From Clostridia bacterium (GTDB lineage: Bacteria > Bacillota > Clostridia > UBA1212 > UBA1255), in assembly GCA_017560225.1 (NCBI GenBank), contig JAFYOJ010000094.1, positions 1 through 27,107 on the forward strand: a stretch of DNA of 27,107 bases, given 5' to 3'. A model generated the notes under the pieces. It ran no database searches, was not told the origin of the DNA, and was given only the letters and a program-made list of their open reading frames with translations. Shown here in pieces: positions 24,884 through 27,107 of this stretch; the first letter of the stretch is position 1, and every line of letters begins with the position of its first letter. Position numbers and translations under genes: made by a program.

Positions 24884-25498
24884 ATGCGAAGACAAGATGA
24901 ATCGAAAAAGAGTGTGATACTTGATTTTATCGACGAGTATTACAATGAATATAACGAGATCCCTGCCGTGAGAACTATTGCGGAGGGCACGGGAATTGCT
25001 TTGGCAACCGTGCATCGCTATCTGCTCTCGCTCAAAGAAAGCGGCGAGCTTGAATACAACGGTCGCAAGTCGATCTCTACCAAGCGTATCGATTTGGAAT
25101 CGCGTCACACTTCTGCTCCCGTTCTCGGTTACGTCCGTTGCGGCGAAGGAGAAGAAGAAACAGAGGAAGTCATCGAGTATATCCGACTCCCCGAAAGTTT
25201 AGTCGGTACGGGCGAGTTTTTCGTGCTGATCGCCAAGGGTGATTCGATGATCGACGCCGGAGTGAATGAAGGTGACTACGTTGTTATCCGCAAGCAAAAC
25301 ACCGCAAACGACGGAGATTACGTTGTGGCTCTCTATGAAGGGCTGAACAATCTCAAGGAGCTTGTTGTCGATAACGGAAGATATATTCTTCGTTCTTGTA
25401 ACGAAGATAAGGACACCTATCCCGACATTTATCCGAGAGATCTGAAGATACAAGGAGTTGCGGTCTGCGTAATGCACCGCTTGAAGAGAAGGAGGTAG
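24884..25498 (+). CDS. LexA-like transcriptional repressor with an S24 peptidase domain
   Basis: The N-terminus is a winged helix (IPAVRTIAEGTGIALATVHRYL). The C-terminal S24 signature is AKGDSMIDAGVNEGDYVVIRKQ (Ser-Lys dyad context). The start was set at the second ATG, with GGAGG 4 nt upstream. Confidence 0.75.
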   Translation: MRRQDESKKSVILDFIDEYYNEYNEIPAVRTIAEGTGIALATVHRYLLSLKESGELEYNGRKSISTKRIDLESRHTSAPVLGYVRCGEGEEETEEVIEYIRLPESLVGTGEFFVLIAKGDSMIDAGVNEGDYVVIRKQNTANDGDYVVALYEGLNNLKELVVDNGRYILRSCNEDKDTYPDIYPRDLKIQGVAVCVMHRLKRRR

Positions 25499-25501
25499 TC
25501 G

Positions 25502-26047
25502 ATGCCCCAAAAGAAATACGATCTCCGAAATCAATATGAAAGCCCTGTGCATCGTTATAACAAAGAAAACGAACGCATAGCTCACCTTGAAGCTGTTCTC
25601 TGCGCACACCAAAAGCAAGCAGAGATGCCAAAGAAAGTTAAACTTCCTACGTTTGATTGCCCCGCTTGTCATGCGAAGAACATTATGTTTGCCGGCGACG
25701 CGGTGACAAAGAACGAAACAATATTGTCTTTGCTTGAAGAAAACGGAGTTGCAGACTACGTTATCATTTGCCCCAAATGTAAGCAATACATTGGTGTCCG
25801 TCGCCACGTCGGAACACAAGTTATTCGCCGTTGCTTCCGCACCATCGGCGGAACTCCGTTTGAGTATGTGTACGTGTTTAATCATAGAATTACCAGAACA
25901 TATCAAGACGGTGAAATCCCTATGGGGACTCGAATCTTTTACGGTGAGATCAATAATGAAATCGGTGAAGCACAGGAAGAACATCCGACCGTGCAAAGCA
26001 TTTGGCTGCCGAACCAACAATATTCGAAAGTAAACAGCACTCAATAA
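25502..26047 (+). CDS. Hypothetical zinc-ribbon protein co-transcribed with the LexA-like repressor
   Basis: The Cys pairs are CPACHAKN ... CPKCKQY. GGAGG lies before ATG, and there is a 3-nt gap after the repressor stop. Confidence 0.5.
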   Translation: MPQKKYDLRNQYESPVHRYNKENERIAHLEAVLCAHQKQAEMPKKVKLPTFDCPACHAKNIMFAGDAVTKNETILSLLEENGVADYVIICPKCKQYIGVRRHVGTQVIRRCFRTIGGTPFEYVYVFNHRITRTYQDGEIPMGTRIFYGEINNEIGEAQEEHPTVQSIWLPNQQYSKVNSTQ

Positions 26048-26425
26048 TACATATCGCTTTTCAAAATTCACAATTAAATAAAACATATTTTTAGTGATCC
26101 ATCCTCCCATCAGAGAATATGGGAACTTAAGGGTAGGTATCAGTTACATATCATCACACGCATAATCAGAATGCAAATTCTATTATGTTTTGTTGTGGCG
26201 GTTGTAAGTGATACCTGCCCTTTTTTGCGCTTTCAATGTCGAAATTTATCGAAGGAAAGGAGAACGAAAATGAAATTTACTTCAAAATAATACGGACTTG
26301 TAGTCCGTCTACTTTTCTTGACAAGCACTGCATTTGTGGACACAAAATGCGAAGGTGGGGAGAACCCCAGACCCCCGAACCAAAAAAATTATAATAAAAA
26401 TTTATAGCAAAGGAGTAAAAGCAAA

Positions 26426-26797
26426 ATGAAACAGACAGAGGAAAAAGTGAAAGGCGGGCGCAAGCGCACCCACCTCGTCAAAGTGTATTTGAATGATGCC
26501 GAGTATGAAAAGCTGTGTAAGGACGCGGAGATGTTCAAGCGAGATAAGAGCAAATATCTGCGGCTACTTATCGATTGGATCGAACCGGTTGCACCGCCGT
26601 CGGTGGAAGTCAAGGAGTTTACGCGAGAGCTTCGTCGCTTGGGCGTGAGTATGAATCAGATCGCGGCGCGAGCGAACTCGCTCGGCTTTGTGGATGACCT
26701 TGAATACCGCCGCTACGCCGACGAGGTAATGAAGGTGCTTGGCGCGATCCAACAAGAATACGCCAAGAAAGGAGTGAAGCTGATTGGCAACAACTAA
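26426..26797 (+). CDS. mobC: MobC-family mobilization (relaxosome accessory) protein
   Basis: It has an N-terminal ribbon-helix-helix-like KRTHLVKVYLNDAEYEKL, and LRRLGVSMNQIAARANSLG matches the MobC GxNLNQIAxxxN block. AAAGGAG lies before ATG. Confidence 0.7.
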   Translation: MKQTEEKVKGGRKRTHLVKVYLNDAEYEKLCKDAEMFKRDKSKYLRLLIDWIEPVAPPSVEVKEFTRELRRLGVSMNQIAARANSLGFVDDLEYRRYADEVMKVLGAIQQEYAKKGVKLIGNN

Positions 26798-27107
26798 GAT
26801 TTGGGACGTAAGCGCACACGTCAGTAAGCTCCTCGCCTACGTTGCCAACAAGAACAAAACCACAATGGAGGTGGAGCGCGGAACCGATAACGAAGAAATG
26901 CGACTTGCTGCCGAAATGCTTGGATTACCGTCCAATCACTTTGCAACCGAGGAAAAGAAGTTTGTCACGGGTATCAACTGCACACCCGAGAACGCCAACG
27001 AGGTTATGCTGACGCTCTTGGAAGGTACGTCGCCGTCCGAGATACAATGTTACCACGCATACCAATCCTTTAAGCCCGGTGAGGTAACACCTGACGTCGC
27101 ACACGCC
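26784..27107 (+). CDS. Relaxase/mobilization nuclease (MobA/VirD2-like), 5' partial; it runs off the window
   Basis: The N-terminus LATTKIWDVSAHVSKLLAYVANKNKT matches the characteristic start of MOB relaxases (xxTKIxxxKxxLxxxIxYxxNxxKT). The TTG start overlaps the mobC stop. Confidence 0.6.
   Translation, partial: MATTKIWDVSAHVSKLLAYVANKNKTTMEVERGTDNEEMRLAAEMLGLPSNHFATEEKKFVTGINCTPENANEVMLTLLEGTSPSEIQCYHAYQSFKPGEVTPDVAHA

Larger units (their letters stand above)
18230..27107. mobile_element. Part of an integrated mobilizable element (accessory region plus MobC/relaxase mobilization module); the right end lies outside the window and the left end is approximate
   Basis: There is a compositional drop relative to 4600..18220. 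Content includes a TnpV-like gene, an XRE regulator, a tyrosine recombinase, a LexA-like repressor, MobC and a relaxase. Confidence 0.5.

Noticed and set aside
25199-26110. 303-aa minus-strand ORF
   Set aside because: It is entirely antisense to two plus-strand genes that have RBSs and clear domain signatures (the LexA-like S24 repressor and a zinc-ribbon protein). It has no motif and no RBS, so it is almost certainly a spurious open frame.
26270-26290. 6-codon mini-ORF (MKFTSK) with a strong RBS upstream of mobC
   Set aside because: It is too short to assess. It is likely incidental within the putative oriT and promoter region, and is mentioned only as context.
1-27107. CRISPR arrays, tRNA/rRNA genes, IS-element transposases
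   Set aside because: I scanned for regularly spaced direct repeats, tRNA-like cloverleaf starts and rRNA signatures and found none. No DDE- or serine-transposase-like ORF is present. The only recombinase is the small tyrosine recombinase.

Overview
The window splits into three parts. (1) Positions 1..~4600 are an AT-rich island. Its main gene is one very large minus-strand ORF at 262..3867 that fuses an N-terminal PD-(D/E)xK-type nuclease motif to a complete SNF2/DEAH-family helicase and a long C-terminal coiled-coil region. The island also holds a few small AT-rich ORFs and ends at an internally deleted nitroreductase remnant. (2) Positions ~4600..18220 are GC-richer housekeeping genes typical of a Clostridia-like Firmicute. 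They comprise a TIGR01212-type radical SAM protein, sfsA, a DUF4091-like hydrolase with an MBL-fold hydrolase, an NSS sodium symporter, and a hypothetical nuclease-like protein. A YhhQ/DUF165 queuosine-precursor transporter and an SDR oxidoreductase follow, and the transporter is preceded by what looks like a preQ1-I riboswitch with an intrinsic terminator. The remainder are a TM2/DUF2752 gene pair, a truncated PolC-like PHP-domain protein, a polysaccharide deacetylase, a HisJ-type PHP phosphatase and a YitT-family protein. (3) Positions ~18230..27107 look like part of an integrated mobilizable element with lower GC. It carries a TnpV-like protein, an XRE regulator, a small XerC/D-like tyrosine recombinase, a LexA-like S24 repressor module, MobC and the 5' end of a relaxase. 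The most interesting structure lies just after the recombinase: a 194-bp segment bounded by a perfect 27-bp inverted repeat. The segment carries a consensus extended -10 sigma-70 promoter and looks like a phase-variable (invertible) switch. It currently points into a four-gene operon: an SPFH/band-7 protein with a Gly/Met-rich linker and about five zinc-ribbon repeats, two membrane proteins (one ending in a zinc ribbon), and a protein combining a zinc ribbon, a ribosomal L7/L12 C-terminal-domain-like motif and a Cys-rich C-terminal module. I saw no rRNA, tRNA or CRISPR array. All calls rest on reading the sequence and the ORF translations; no database search was possible.
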